From the UHGV virus genome UHGV-1374414: DNA of 45,123 bases. One strand, given 5' to 3'. Positions 17,598 to 27,918 of this stretch are shown in pieces. Origin of the DNA: a virus. The stretch's first letter is position 1. Each line of letters opens with the position of its first letter. A program made the position numbers and the translations under genes. Below the pieces are notes generated by a model. The model worked only from the letters and a program-made list of their open reading frames with translations, was not told the DNA's origin and searched no databases.

Positions 17598-17816
17598 ATG
17601 AAAACTTTAATTATGATTTGTGCTGTTCTTTTGTCCGGTTGCTCCGCTATGCCGACTAAAGTCTGCGACGCGACATACCAGAATAGTGGCATGGATTACT
17701 CAGTCCCCGTGTTTGGGGTCGCAGATTTTAGCGGTCACAAAATGTTACGGGCGGGATACCCGTTCAACTTCCAATACGTGTCAGTTGACCACTTCAAAAG
17801 CACAACCTGCAAATAA
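17598..17816 (+). CDS. small lipoprotein, candidate superinfection-exclusion protein (Cor/Llp-like)
   Basis: 72 aa; SD AGGAG 8 nt upstream; signal peptide with lipobox LLSGC; opposite strand to flanking tail genes; terminator follows. Confidence 0.6.
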   Translation: MKTLIMICAVLLSGCSAMPTKVCDATYQNSGMDYSVPVFGVADFSGHKMLRAGYPFNFQYVSVDHFKSTTCK

Positions 17817-17837
17817 GCCCCTTTCGGGGCTTTCTTC
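17814..17837 (+). terminator. intrinsic terminator
   Basis: agcccc-tttc-ggggct hairpin followed by ttcttc. Confidence 0.55.
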
Positions 17838-18510
17838 AATCATAATTGGCAGTGTTAATCGCCATAATCGCGTTGCCGTTGTTAGTATACCCCACCACAT
17901 CCCCCGTGGCGTTCCCCGACGACGCTGCCGATATACGCGTTCGCGACCCATCAAATCTGGCCCCCGTGTACGCTGTTACCGATATTACCTGCGGCTGGCC
18001 CTGCACAAAAAACCGGATCAGCGTAGACCCCAATATGCCCGGAGCGACGGCGTAGCTGCCGTTTAGCGTCTGGTCAATGTTAATCCCCCCGTTAGCGCCT
18101 GGCGATCCGACGGTAACTAAATCGCTTAGTACCCGGCTCTCGTTCGTCAGCACTAGCCTCCCCGTCTTATCCCAAATAGCGAAGCCCCACCGCGGAAGGG
18201 TCTGTGGGAATATGGCAAAGATGTATGCCGTCATCGTGAATCCTTGCCCAAATGGATTGCTGGCGCTCACCTTCACCACATTACCAACGCGAGAAGACCC
18301 TACGACGGTCGGCTGGGCGGTGTGCGTAGTTTTCACAAACGCTATTGCGGGGTAGTCACCGCCCAAATTAATATCGGCAGCCGCCGCCTGCGCAGTACCG
18401 TTAGCCGAAGACCCAACAACCACACGGCGGAATAGACAAAACGGCGTCGATTCTGGTGTGATAAACGGGTTGCCGTTTGGTAAGTCAATCAGCGCTCCGT
18501 AATTAGCCAT
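17836..18510 (-). CDS. tail protein (possible fibre/receptor-binding component)
   Basis: 224 aa; SD GGAG; lies between the J-like gene and the tail fibre gene. Confidence 0.5.
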   Translation of the reverse strand: MANYGALIDLPNGNPFITPESTPFCLFRRVVVGSSANGTAQAAAADINLGGDYPAIAFVKTTHTAQPTVVGSSRVGNVVKVSASNPFGQGFTMTAYIFAIFPQTLPRWGFAIWDKTGRLVLTNESRVLSDLVTVGSPGANGGINIDQTLNGSYAVAPGILGSTLIRFFVQGQPQVISVTAYTGARFDGSRTRISAASSGNATGDVVGYTNNGNAIMAINTANYD

Positions 18511-18812
18511 TATGCTCGCTCCACAAAAACAATAACGTCACATTCAGATGCGGAGTAAACCCCGCCACCTACCGCACTTGCCGCGGAAACCGTGATAGTG
18601 TTCCCGCTGGCGGTTATTCTGCGTCCTGGCCCGACCGCGCCTTTATCCAGTGCGACCACGTATCCGACCTTCATCCCCGCCGGTACAGGGAATGACCATG
18701 CGCCTGATTTTTGTCCTTCCGCAAGATGAATCCTTCCGATCACGCTTACCGGTTTAATGCCGTAGTTGTTTGGGCGTCCTTGCGCGTCCCACGTTGCGAT
18801 ACCGAATGCCAT
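18510..18812 (-). CDS. hypothetical tail-associated protein
   Basis: 100 aa; stop overlaps next start (TAATG). Confidence 0.5.
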   Translation of the reverse strand: MAFGIATWDAQGRPNNYGIKPVSVIGRIHLAEGQKSGAWSFPVPAGMKVGYVVALDKGAVGPGRRITASGNTITVSAASAVGGGVYSASECDVIVFVERA

Positions 18813-18823
18813 AAATAACCTCG

Positions 18824-18846
18824 TTAAAAAGGGGCCGAAGCCCCTA
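18824..18846 (-). terminator. intrinsic terminator/attenuator after J-like gene
   Basis: Minus strand: aggggcttcggcccct hairpin followed by ttttt. Confidence 0.5.
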
Positions 18847-18848
18847 TA

Positions 18849-21800
18849 CTACCAGCGACCAGTAAGCTCGCCAATTTGCACGCGTAAAACACCGTTCTCG
18901 TCTTTAACGCTGTAGTTGGTGTTGGTCTGCTTTGTACCACCACCGCTTCCGGTCCCCAGGTTGATAAACGTTCCATCCTTACCTAAGCGCCAGCCTCGCG
19001 TGCTGCCGTCGTAGTTATTAGATTGCAGCGTGTCCGTGATCTGCGCGAAGTTGATAGTCGCGTCCTTGATGCGTGCCGTGTCGATGTACACCGCCCCACC
19101 GTCTACGATAAACGCGGACGAAAGCGACCCGTTAGATGGGTGCATGATGTAGAACTGGTCCGCCTTGAACGCGATGCGTGATTTAACCGCGCCACCTTCC
19201 GCCACGACCGAAAGCTGCATACCGGCATCGTAGTAAGTACCGTTATACGTCACGCCAGCCTTAAGGCTGTATGTGGCACTACCGCCAGCATGGTTAAACG
19301 AAGACGTCATCTTCTGCTCGATAGCTGCGGACTGCTGACCGAACTGCGCCGCGACCTGGGTCTTATACTCCGCCAGTGCGCCCGCTACGTCTGCCGTTGC
19401 CGTTTGTACCTGCTGGATGGCTGCTTCCTGTTCCGAAAACTTAGCGGCAACAGTTTGCTGGTACTGGGCGAACGCTTGTTCATGCGTGCTTTGCGCAGTC
19501 TGCAACGTGTGGATCGCCGCTTCCGCATCGTCAAGGCGCGTGCCGATCAACGTCTCAAGTTGCGCGACCGCCTTGTGGGCATCCGCTGCCACGTTATACG
19601 CCACCGTGATTTCCGCATAAATCCCTTTATATTCGGCGCGGGCATTGAATAGCTGCTGGGCGTCCGTGAGCATTGATTCATAAATGCCTTGCGGAATGGT
19701 GTCTATTGCTTCCTGGAAGCGTTTACCATCCTCGGAAGTCAAGAACTCGTCATCAAGCCCCTTCATGTACTCGTCAACTTTGTCACTCACCTGGCCTTCA
19801 AACGGGGCGGACCAGTCCGACAGGTTGCCGATTTTATCAGCTACACGGGCGCGCAACTGCTGGTAAATGCCGAACTCCAGCGACGTTTGCGCATACTCCG
19901 CCCCAGGGTATGGGACGTTGGTTAGGAACTTCCATTCCGTTTCGCCCGTCTTGCGGACCTCAAGCTCGGTGTAAGAGATATCCGTCGCGGCGTTGTTGTG
20001 GTTCCACTTCCACAAAATTTGGTGGAGGCCAGAAATCGCGTTGGTGATGATAGGCGCGTTAAGCCCGCCGAGGCGACCTTCCACCGGCGTGATCGCGGAA
20101 GACACCCACGGGGACGAGATTTCGCCCATACCAATTGCGCGGACGCGTGCCTGGTAGTTACCGGAGAACACGTTAGGGATGTGCGCCCCATTCGACGCCG
20201 TGCGCGGGATATTCACCCAGTCGTTACCCCACTGGATTTCCATATTCTGCAAGCTGGTGCGTCGCCACTGGATTTCATACACCACGGCATCTTTCACCGG
20301 CGGGAAAACAATATCCACGTTGGTGATTAGCTGGCCTTGCGATGAGATCTGCGACGGGGTGATGGTAACGGATTCCGGCCCCTTCATTACACCGTCTGGC
20401 ACTTGCGTGAAGATACCAGGATCAAGGCGAGCGCCATTATCAACGGCATCATACTTGCTATCGTTGTATTCAATCCCGCGCACCGAGAAAGTGCTGGTAG
20501 AGTCGTCATATTCCAGGTCGGTGATGCGGAATTTCTGCAACTGGATATCATCGCCATCAACGCAAAACGGTTGGTCTGGAATCGGGTCGGCATCCAGTGC
20601 GGTTTTTAGAGTGACCTTGTTGCCGCTGACGTTGGCGATCTCGCGAGTCTCCACATTACCGCTATCGGTGCGTACCAGGAACTTATCGCCAGGGCGGAAC
20701 GTGATTTCGCAGTCCGTGTTCAGCACGGTACGCGTGCCTGGATCTGACAACAGGCGACCGCCTCGGGTCTCGAAGCCGCCAGAAATGTTTGTATCCGCGA
20801 TCGCGACTACGCTACCTGGAATAAAGAATAACCCTTCCATGCCAACTTTAAAGCTAACTTGCTGGTCAAGCTGGTTGGATATTAGCGCCCAGTGCCCGCG
20901 GCGTTGCGCTTCAGATTCACGCGTACAGCCGATCGCCGTGATATCAAGACGGTTGATCTTATGGCGGCGCACCAGTTCGACGCGCTGGCCCGTTGCGATA
21001 ACGTCATCATAGTGGTTTTTCGGGTTGCCGTATGCTACCGCGAAAGTGGAGTACCGCGTTTTCTGACTACCGGATGCGTAGTCGAATCGCCCATCAATTA
21101 CCGATGCGTTGGTGATAGTGTGAGATACCGCGGCTACCGGTTGGTCGCTGACGATATTCAACATCTGGTTGCCCCACCAGGTCATTCCGGCAAAGATGGC
21201 GGCTAAATCCTTAAGCACGGTCCAGGCGTCTGTCTGCGACTGGATGTACATATCATTCTTAAATCGGATTTCCCGCCCGCCGTTGCCGTCGCTTACCAGT
21301 TGATCGCAGCGCTGCGCAATCTGGTAAAGCGCATATCGGTTTAACATCTGCGGCTTGATCCTACGACCGAGGCCGAAGCGCTCAGTAATACAAATATCGT
21401 ACCAGTGCCACGCGGGATTATCTGTCCATGCGCGTTTGAACGTTCCATCCCAGTCCCCGGAATAGGTATGATTAATCGGGTCGTAGTTGTTCGGTATTAG
21501 AACTTTGCGGCCTTTGCACTTGATGGACACGCGCGGGATGTTCTGGAACGCTTTGGCGTCGAACTCCACAAACAACAGCGCGGTTAGCGGGTAACGCAGG
21601 CGGGCGTCGATAATCTCAGTGATGGATTGCACCCGGATATCATTAACCACTTTCGCCGATGTGGAGTCTGCCGTTATGCGGTGCACCTCCACTCGCCAGC
21701 CGGTATTCACGTTCGGCGGTAATTCGATGCGGTGGTCGCGCTCATATAGCGACATTGTTTTACCAACGGCGGCGAATCTGAACTCACGCGGGTCGGCGTT

Positions 21801-22268
21801 ATCCGTATACACAACGATCTTATAGTCGATGCGCCCGCCCACCAGGTCGCCATTATCTTCGTTGGTGTACAGGGCCGGAATACCGACACGAATGCGCACA
21901 GCGTCAAGACTGGTGTCGTTAATCTGGCGCACCCACGGCGTGCCGTTTTCCAGTTTTACACCGACGGATTGCTCGCTTTCTACCGCTGAAAATCCGTGGA
22001 TCACGTCCTGGTGCTGTGTGCCCGGGCGGAACTCCACGCGCGCGCCGGGGAAGTTTTCCGACAGGTCGGCGTTCTGGATCGGCGTGCCGTCCAGATATAC
22101 TCGCTGCCGCAATTCGCTGGCGCTGGTAATACTTTCGAATTCCCCTTCCCCTAGCGCAAGCAAGATGCGGATTTTAGCCAGGGAATGCAGGCTATCCGGC
22201 GTTTCCTGCGGGGTGTGCTGTTTGCCGCCGCCGCCTTTATGCCCTGTGACGTCGTAGATAATCGTCAT
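18849..22268 (-). CDS. tail tip / host-specificity protein (lambda J-like)
   Basis: 1139 aa; N-terminal ...GKQHTPQETPDSLHS... and YSGDWDGTFKRAWTDNPAWHWYD match remembered lambda J motifs; last gene of J/I/K/L/M order. Confidence 0.8.
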   Translation of the reverse strand: MTIIYDVTGHKGGGGKQHTPQETPDSLHSLAKIRILLALGEGEFESITSASELRQRVYLDGTPIQNADLSENFPGARVEFRPGTQHQDVIHGFSAVESEQSVGVKLENGTPWVRQINDTSLDAVRIRVGIPALYTNEDNGDLVGGRIDYKIVVYTDNADPREFRFAAVGKTMSLYERDHRIELPPNVNTGWRVEVHRITADSTSAKVVNDIRVQSITEIIDARLRYPLTALLFVEFDAKAFQNIPRVSIKCKGRKVLIPNNYDPINHTYSGDWDGTFKRAWTDNPAWHWYDICITERFGLGRRIKPQMLNRYALYQIAQRCDQLVSDGNGGREIRFKNDMYIQSQTDAWTVLKDLAAIFAGMTWWGNQMLNIVSDQPVAAVSHTITNASVIDGRFDYASGSQKTRYSTFAVAYGNPKNHYDDVIATGQRVELVRRHKINRLDITAIGCTRESEAQRRGHWALISNQLDQQVSFKVGMEGLFFIPGSVVAIADTNISGGFETRGGRLLSDPGTRTVLNTDCEITFRPGDKFLVRTDSGNVETREIANVSGNKVTLKTALDADPIPDQPFCVDGDDIQLQKFRITDLEYDDSTSTFSVRGIEYNDSKYDAVDNGARLDPGIFTQVPDGVMKGPESVTITPSQISSQGQLITNVDIVFPPVKDAVVYEIQWRRTSLQNMEIQWGNDWVNIPRTASNGAHIPNVFSGNYQARVRAIGMGEISSPWVSSAITPVEGRLGGLNAPIITNAISGLHQILWKWNHNNAATDISYTELEVRKTGETEWKFLTNVPYPGAEYAQTSLEFGIYQQLRARVADKIGNLSDWSAPFEGQVSDKVDEYMKGLDDEFLTSEDGKRFQEAIDTIPQGIYESMLTDAQQLFNARAEYKGIYAEITVAYNVAADAHKAVAQLETLIGTRLDDAEAAIHTLQTAQSTHEQAFAQYQQTVAAKFSEQEAAIQQVQTATADVAGALAEYKTQVAAQFGQQSAAIEQKMTSSFNHAGGSATYSLKAGVTYNGTYYDAGMQLSVVAEGGAVKSRIAFKADQFYIMHPSNGSLSSAFIVDGGAVYIDTARIKDATINFAQITDTLQSNNYDGSTRGWRLGKDGTFINLGTGSGGGTKQTNTNYSVKDENGVLRVQIGELTGRW

Positions 22269-22882
22269 TCGTTCAAGTCCTCGGTTACGATTCCGGCTGA
22301 AATAATAGCGCCGCCGATCTCACGTTCACCCCATAATACACCAAGTGCCGTTCCTTGCGCGGTCGTGTTTACCGGTCCGCCGAACGCGTACGACGCCTTG
22401 TTATCCACGTCCTGCCGTGTCTGCAATCCTTTCGGTTGCGGCGACAGTAATTGCATAACGCCACCCAGCGCCATCGACATCCCGAACGAAAACGTCGCTG
22501 CACCGATAGAGGCCGCGGTCGCCGCTGAAGCTCCGAAAGCGGCAGTCGCAAGCCCGCCGGTATAGAACGACGCCACTACGATCGCGACACCCGCCAGCAA
22601 TTGGCCCAGCCCCCTTTTTGCACCGGTCATAACCGGCGCGATGGTAATGACGCGGTTGCCGTGGAACTCGCCTAGCTCATCATAGCCGGTCATTGTGTGG
22701 TTGCCTTTGCGCACCTTGAACATCATGTTGTCCAGGTGGGCCGACATTAAAAAGTCCTGTAGGCCTGGCAACTTCACACACAGGCCGGTGATACCCTCGC
22801 CCGGCGTGAAGCAGTCCAGCTTATGCACTTTACCGAAACGACGTCCTAAGACGCCGTATAGTTTAAAGGTGGTCATTGCCAT
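22265..22882 (-). CDS. tail assembly protein (lambda I-like)
   Basis: 205 aa; hydrophobic Gly/Ala-rich C-terminal half; position between K-like and J-like genes. Confidence 0.6.
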   Translation of the reverse strand: MAMTTFKLYGVLGRRFGKVHKLDCFTPGEGITGLCVKLPGLQDFLMSAHLDNMMFKVRKGNHTMTGYDELGEFHGNRVITIAPVMTGAKRGLGQLLAGVAIVVASFYTGGLATAAFGASAATAASIGAATFSFGMSMALGGVMQLLSPQPKGLQTRQDVDNKASYAFGGPVNTTAQGTALGVLWGEREIGGAIISAGIVTEDLNE

Positions 22883-23613
22883 TCTGTGATATCCCCCGGT
22901 AGGTCTTTATGACGTACCCATTTAACCACATTGTCGCGGAAAAATCCCGCCCGGAAGGGGATCACGCTCGACAGGCTGCCGTAGATATGGTGTAGTAATT
23001 GGTTGCCCGGAAGGTAGATTCCGGCATGGTTAGGCACTGGCGCGCTAATCTGCATGATGACCATCGCCCCCGGCGTATTCTCCTCACACTCCCGGAAGCC
23101 AGCGCCATACCAATTGTCCATATACAGGTTTTCGCCTGTCTCCCACCAGTTGTACGGTACACGGAAGTCTGGCAGGTTTACGCCCTGCTTTTTATGCCAA
23201 TCCATAACGAGGCCATAACAATCCGTAATTCCGAGAACAAATCGGCGACCTACCAGCGGCGGGTCTTCCGGGTCGATCTCGATAAAGTCGCCATATTCGT
23301 TAGTGATGGTCCAGACGACGCCGCTGCCGTTGCAGCCGTTAACGTCGCCCAATGACGGGGTTAACTCGCGCTGACCGGGGTGCGAGTGGACTACGCGCAC
23401 GACGTCGCCCATATCCTCGGCATCCATCCAGGCCATATCGCTAATTGTAAACGCGTCTTTGCGCGAGCGCGCGCCGGTGGGGTCTTCGAAGACGTTCAGG
23501 CACGGGATAAACACTTGTTTGCGGCCCACCATGACGACCAGCCCGCACGCTTCTTCCGGCAGACATGCCGCAACGTGTGCGGCGATATCGCGTTTAACCT
23601 TCTTCGTTAGCAT
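22873..23613 (-). CDS. tail assembly protein (lambda K-like; JAB/MPN + NlpC/P60 motifs)
   Basis: 246 aa; HSHPGQRELTPSLGD (JAMM-like) and C-terminal GITDCYGLVMDWH (NlpC/P60-like Cys). Confidence 0.65.
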   Translation of the reverse strand: MLTKKVKRDIAAHVAACLPEEACGLVVMVGRKQVFIPCLNVFEDPTGARSRKDAFTISDMAWMDAEDMGDVVRVVHSHPGQRELTPSLGDVNGCNGSGVVWTITNEYGDFIEIDPEDPPLVGRRFVLGITDCYGLVMDWHKKQGVNLPDFRVPYNWWETGENLYMDNWYGAGFRECEENTPGAMVIMQISAPVPNHAGIYLPGNQLLHHIYGSLSSVIPFRAGFFRDNVVKWVRHKDLPGDITEWQ

Positions 23614-23615
23614 GA

Positions 23616-24404
23616 CTACCCCTTAATTAATTTGGACCCTGGAAAACCGCCGAAGTCCAGCACCGCCGCTTTTGGGTCCGCGAGACCTTGTCCAAAACGA
23701 AGATAGCAGTCCGACAAGCATCCGCCGCATCGGTCCATATTCATCGATATGACTTCGTTTCCACGCTCGTCGTAGTATTTGATGCCCGGCTTAGCAAGGT
23801 TCCACGTGCAACCGTCCCCGCTGGCGTACTTCCCATTGAGCGCCCATTCGCACATGTTCATGATCTGGCGGCGGGGAACTACTTGCCCCTCCATATCCGC
23901 GGGGGAGGATAGTGCGAAGGTGATTTGCTTGCCTGGATTGCGCCCGACCTGTGAGTCGATGTAATACTCCTGGACACGTTTTTGCGTCGGGTCTGGATCC
24001 GACCCGTTATCCAGGAACTTCGCGAATGTGTCGATTATTTCAACCTTCGCGCCCAGTAGCTGGTCGTGATTCAGTGACAACCTGGTGATTATGCCGCCAA
24101 TATCGACGATGGTCAGCTGCGGTTCTGCTGCCGTTGATGTGGAGAAGTTGAGGCCGGACAGGTCGAAGGGCCAAAATTCGAACTCCTGCCCGCCGAAGAA
24201 GATGGATTTAGGTTTTAGCTTGTCCTCGTCACCGCCTGCGGCGGCAATATCCTCGGCAGTGTGCGGAATAAAGCAGTAGTGAAAATAGTGATGGCCCGCG
24301 CCGATCGCGCCGTCGCCCGGCTCCACGTCCTGCGCGTCAATGTGAATCAGGCGAACGCGGCCCGATGGGTCAAAGCGCGTCGCCTCGCGATATAGTTTAT
24401 TCAT
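23616..24404 (-). CDS. tail tip protein (lambda L-like)
   Basis: 262 aa; Cys cluster CGGCLSDCY; position in M-L-K-I-J order. Confidence 0.6.
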   Translation of the reverse strand: MNKLYREATRFDPSGRVRLIHIDAQDVEPGDGAIGAGHHYFHYCFIPHTAEDIAAAGGDEDKLKPKSIFFGGQEFEFWPFDLSGLNFSTSTAAEPQLTIVDIGGIITRLSLNHDQLLGAKVEIIDTFAKFLDNGSDPDPTQKRVQEYYIDSQVGRNPGKQITFALSSPADMEGQVVPRRQIMNMCEWALNGKYASGDGCTWNLAKPGIKYYDERGNEVISMNMDRCGGCLSDCYLRFGQGLADPKAAVLDFGGFPGSKLIKG

Positions 24405-25000
24405 CTTACGAATCCAATAGCGGTCTTAAGGGTGGCGGACACCGTTGCCGTGTAGTGCCCGTTGTCAGTGTACGACAAGCTCGAACGCTCGACCACGAAT
24501 AAACCTGTTTCGCCATCCGGGGCGGTGACGACAAACGGCTTGACGAAGTGCCCGCGAAGGAAGTTGTAAACCAGTTTAGGGTTGCACCACTTATCAGTAG
24601 TCAGCCCGATGAATTGCACGGGGAACTGTTTCGTTTCGGCGTTCGGGCCGTCCGCGATGTTCTGACCGTAACCGTTACCGAATTGCAATTCCTCGGACCG
24701 GAAAGCCAACTGCACGTCTCCGCCGCCTTGCAATTGCATGTGCCAGTAATAGGGCCATTCGTTTGACCGCGGGTCGTGCGCTTCGATTAGCTCATAAGCC
24801 GCACCGGCTTTTGTCGGACCTGCCCAGTTATCTTTCAGTGTAATGACCGTGTTCGAGTTGAATGCTGCAATTTTGCCGGTGTAGTCGTTGCCGTCGATGC
24901 GGGTAAATACGCGGACCTTCCCGATATCGCTCAAGAACGCCGTTCCCGCGCCCGTGACGGTCTTACTTCCCTTAGTTAATGTGATTGTACCTTGTGACAT
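24401..25000 (-). CDS. minor/distal tail protein (lambda M-like position)
   Basis: 199 aa; immediately downstream of tape measure gene; overlapping stop/start with L-like gene. Confidence 0.55.
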   Translation of the reverse strand: MSQGTITLTKGSKTVTGAGTAFLSDIGKVRVFTRIDGNDYTGKIAAFNSNTVITLKDNWAGPTKAGAAYELIEAHDPRSNEWPYYWHMQLQGGGDVQLAFRSEELQFGNGYGQNIADGPNAETKQFPVQFIGLTTDKWCNPKLVYNFLRGHFVKPFVVTAPDGETGLFVVERSSLSYTDNGHYTATVSATLKTAIGFVR

Positions 25001-25002
25001 AA

Positions 25003-25036
25003 AAAAGCCCCCACGATGGATGTGAGGGCCATTTTA
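25003..25036 (-). terminator. hairpin + T-run attenuator between tape measure and M-like gene
   Basis: Minus strand: ccctcac-loop-gtggggg hairpin followed by ctttttt. Confidence 0.4.
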
Positions 25037-27679
25037 TCATCGTTTGTAAAGTACACCACCCGGTTTCGTCGCTTTCACGATCTCGGCCTTCACCGCTTCG
25101 GTGATTTGCTTTCCGAACGCCTGCGCGGTGCGCGGGTCTGGTCCGCTAACACTGGTATCCGTCTTACCGGTCCCCATGTTAACGTTGGTCGTTACAATCA
25201 TCCCTCCGCCTACACCGGCAGCGGCAACGCCCAGTTTGCCGTCCGGCCCGCGCTTCAGTGGCATGATGGCTTCGGGTCCGGCCTCCCCCATCAATCCTGC
25301 GCCCTTAGCGAACGCCTGGACGCCATAACTGAAAAAGGTGGGCTGGCTTACCACTTGCCCCGAATAGGCCGCTAGGTTGCCCCCTGCGTACGCTCCGCCG
25401 TCCGCATTCTTAGTGAGGCCGGAAAAGATAGCGCCGAACAATCCGTTTTTGCCGCCGTCGCCACCGAAAGCGCTAACGATGGACTTGAACGCCTGCGAGG
25501 TAGCCAGCTTTATTAATTCGCTCAGAATGGACTTAACCATATCTTTTGCGTTCAGCTTGCCAGTCTCGAAAAACTCGTTCATCGTGTCCTGCATAGCGCC
25601 GAACGTGAATTTTGTGAGTGACGCCATCTGCGTATAGCCGTTACCCATTTCATCCACGCTATCCTTAAGCCCACGGCTGAATCCATCCCATAGTGAGGCG
25701 TTAGCACCGGTCTGTGCTTCCTGCACTTCGCGCAGCTTAGACACCGCCAGATCAATATCGGTATCGTTAGCGCCCACCCGCTTCAGGCGGTCAATTAGCT
25801 GCAATTCTTCGCGCAGGTTAGCCGCTTCGCGAGTGGAAAGCGCATAGCCCGCCGCGGTTGCTTTTAGCTCGGCGTTCTGGTTCTTAACGAAGGCGTCGAT
25901 CTGCGCGTGCGCCTTGACCTGCTTCTCTTTCGCGTCCAGCAATTTAGCTTCTTCTACGATCTGCTCGCGGACTTCCTTCACGCGCCCGAACTCGACTAAT
26001 TGCTGCTTCTCTGCTGCCGTTAGTGCCCTTTCTTTGCTTGCGGCGATTAACTGCTCATTATCCGCGATCAGCTTGTTTAGGGCCGCTTGCGCGCGTTGCG
26101 TGCGGGTCTGCGTCGAGGAGTTGGCTTCGATCTGCTTTCCAGACTCACGAAGCTGTGCCAGTTCGCTTCGCGCGACTTCCAGCATTTTCAGCCCGGCATC
26201 GACTCGAATAGCGGCGGCCTTCTTCGGGGCGGGGTCTTTGTAACGCTTGTTTACCTGCTTCACCGCCTCGGCAAGCTCTTTCTCGTCAATCACGCCGCGC
26301 TTATTAAGCAAATTGAGGCGGGCGATCTCGTCGGCGCGCCTCTTCGCGTTGGTTGCGTACTCCTTCTCAAACGCAGCGCGGTCGCGGGCGGTGCGGTTTG
26401 CCTCTTCGTTCGACTTTGCTGCTTCATCCGCGGCGCGGGCGTTGTCACGCTCCGCACGGTTACGCAGGGTGAGCGACGCCACTACTTTTTCCTGGGCTAC
26501 CAGTTCGCTATAAAGCATGTTAATACGTGCTTTCTGCGCCTCGGTCATTACCCCACCGGCAGCGTTTACCGCTTTCATCTCGGCATAATAGGCCGTAGTC
26601 ATGCGCTGCAAGGATTCCCGCGCTTTCATCTCGGACTCATTCGAGGACTGCGCGCGACCCACATCCAGGATTGCATCCCACATAGATTTCGCTGCCGATG
26701 TGACGACGTTCATCGACCGCTCAAGCGTGCCCATGTTGGACTTAATATCGTTGGTCATAGTGGTGAACGACGCGGCTGCGGTTTTGTTAGCCAGCGCCAC
26801 TGCTTCAGTCTCACGACCCATATCCACAAGCGACTGCACCTGCTGGATCTGCGCTTCGTTTACGACGTGATACTTATCCGCCAATGCTCGCAAGCCGCCT
26901 ACCGGGTCGGTTGACAGCTTCGCCACCGCCGCGACCACATCCTCGATCGGCTGGCTGGATACCTTCGAAAAATCATTCACCACTTTCGCCAGCGTGCCGA
27001 AGTCTGCACCCGCTTTCACACCAGCCGCCGCCAGTGCCTGGATTGTGTCACGCGTTTTACGGAATGACCCGCCCATGCGCTCGGCGTTCTCGGATAGCAC
27101 CAGGATCTGGTTTGCCGTTAGGCCGGAAATGTTACCTGACAGCGCCAGCGTCTTGTTAAGCGCTGCGACCTGGTTCTCTGCGCGGGACGTAATTGCCACG
27201 CCCACGCCTAACGTTGCCGTTACGGCGGCAAGGCCGATCCCTACTGGGCCGAGGAAGCCCGCAACAAAACGCAGCGTGTTACCCAGTCCGCCGAACGCCC
27301 CGGTAAGCTGTGGTAACTGCTGAAGCATAACGCGGTGCACCGGCATACCCATCTCAAGCGTAACTGCGATATCCTGTAACTGGAATGCGGCGTTACGCGA
27401 GGCAAAGCCCAGGTTTTTGGTCGACATGCCTAACCGGTTGGCAAGTCGCTCCTGTTTCGTCATGCCATCGGCGGCGCGCTGCGATTCGTTCGCCAGCTTT
27501 TCCATTCCTCCCGCGGCGTCACTCGTCACCTTTTTGGATTTGCCGAGGGTGTCGTTTAATTTCTTAACCTTGTTTTCTGTGTTCTCGGATTTCTGTGCGA
27601 AGGAGTCCAACACAGTATTTGCCGTTCTGATTTGTGCAACATCCGCCTTCAGCGTGATGCCTGCTGCTTGATCTGCCAT
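25037..27679 (-). CDS. tail tape measure protein
   Basis: 880 aa; Ala/Gln/Lys-rich, coiled-coil-like; SD AAGGGGA; position between chaperone and distal tail genes. Confidence 0.85.
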   Translation of the reverse strand: MADQAAGITLKADVAQIRTANTVLDSFAQKSENTENKVKKLNDTLGKSKKVTSDAAGGMEKLANESQRAADGMTKQERLANRLGMSTKNLGFASRNAAFQLQDIAVTLEMGMPVHRVMLQQLPQLTGAFGGLGNTLRFVAGFLGPVGIGLAAVTATLGVGVAITSRAENQVAALNKTLALSGNISGLTANQILVLSENAERMGGSFRKTRDTIQALAAAGVKAGADFGTLAKVVNDFSKVSSQPIEDVVAAVAKLSTDPVGGLRALADKYHVVNEAQIQQVQSLVDMGRETEAVALANKTAAASFTTMTNDIKSNMGTLERSMNVVTSAAKSMWDAILDVGRAQSSNESEMKARESLQRMTTAYYAEMKAVNAAGGVMTEAQKARINMLYSELVAQEKVVASLTLRNRAERDNARAADEAAKSNEEANRTARDRAAFEKEYATNAKRRADEIARLNLLNKRGVIDEKELAEAVKQVNKRYKDPAPKKAAAIRVDAGLKMLEVARSELAQLRESGKQIEANSSTQTRTQRAQAALNKLIADNEQLIAASKERALTAAEKQQLVEFGRVKEVREQIVEEAKLLDAKEKQVKAHAQIDAFVKNQNAELKATAAGYALSTREAANLREELQLIDRLKRVGANDTDIDLAVSKLREVQEAQTGANASLWDGFSRGLKDSVDEMGNGYTQMASLTKFTFGAMQDTMNEFFETGKLNAKDMVKSILSELIKLATSQAFKSIVSAFGGDGGKNGLFGAIFSGLTKNADGGAYAGGNLAAYSGQVVSQPTFFSYGVQAFAKGAGLMGEAGPEAIMPLKRGPDGKLGVAAAGVGGGMIVTTNVNMGTGKTDTSVSGPDPRTAQAFGKQITEAVKAEIVKATKPGGVLYKR

Positions 27680-27744
27680 TATGCAGTCCCCTTTTTTTTA
27701 TGCAGTTGCCGATTGACATTGTATCAGCGAATTTCAAACAAACC

Positions 27745-27918
27745 TTATGCAGTCTCAGACGAGGGGGACCATTGACCCCCGTCTAGTCTGAAAGACTGGG
27801 GTTTGTCCCGCCTGTCCCGATCGGCTAAAAACCGCGGCAGCACTGGCTGGGGCGGGGTGCTGTCCCGCTTTGTCCCGCCCATTGTTTGTCCCGCTTTCTG
27901 TCCCGCTTACTTTATGCA
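27745..27918. repeat. composite repeat element copy 1: GC-rich hairpins followed by array of TGTCCCGC iterons, bounded by TTATGCA motifs
   Basis: Hairpin cagacgaggggg/cccccgtctag 27756-27786; six TGTCCCG(C) direct repeats (27794, 27803, 27861, 27871, 27886, 27898); about 85 percent identical to 44690-44873. Confidence 0.8.

Noticed and set aside
19290-21206. Multiple plus-strand ORFs (up to 277 aa) inside the J-like gene, and similar ones inside the tape measure gene (25914-27323)
   Set aside because: Antisense or alternate-frame ORFs within long, well-supported structural genes; no SD or regulatory context.
22999-23006. TTGGTTGC motif occurrences inside coding regions (also 43982-43989) as internal promoters
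   Set aside because: No recognisable -10 element at the right spacing; treated as chance or unproven.
27745-27830. Possible tRNA or other small RNA gene in the hairpin-rich part of the repeat
   Set aside because: No cloverleaf arrangement, no T-loop (GTTCRANYC-like) or anticodon-arm geometry seen on either strand.
27794-27905. Possible CRISPR array (short direct repeats)
   Set aside because: Repeats are only 8 bp with irregular 9-15 bp spacing and no cas genes; this fits iterons or binding sites, not CRISPR.
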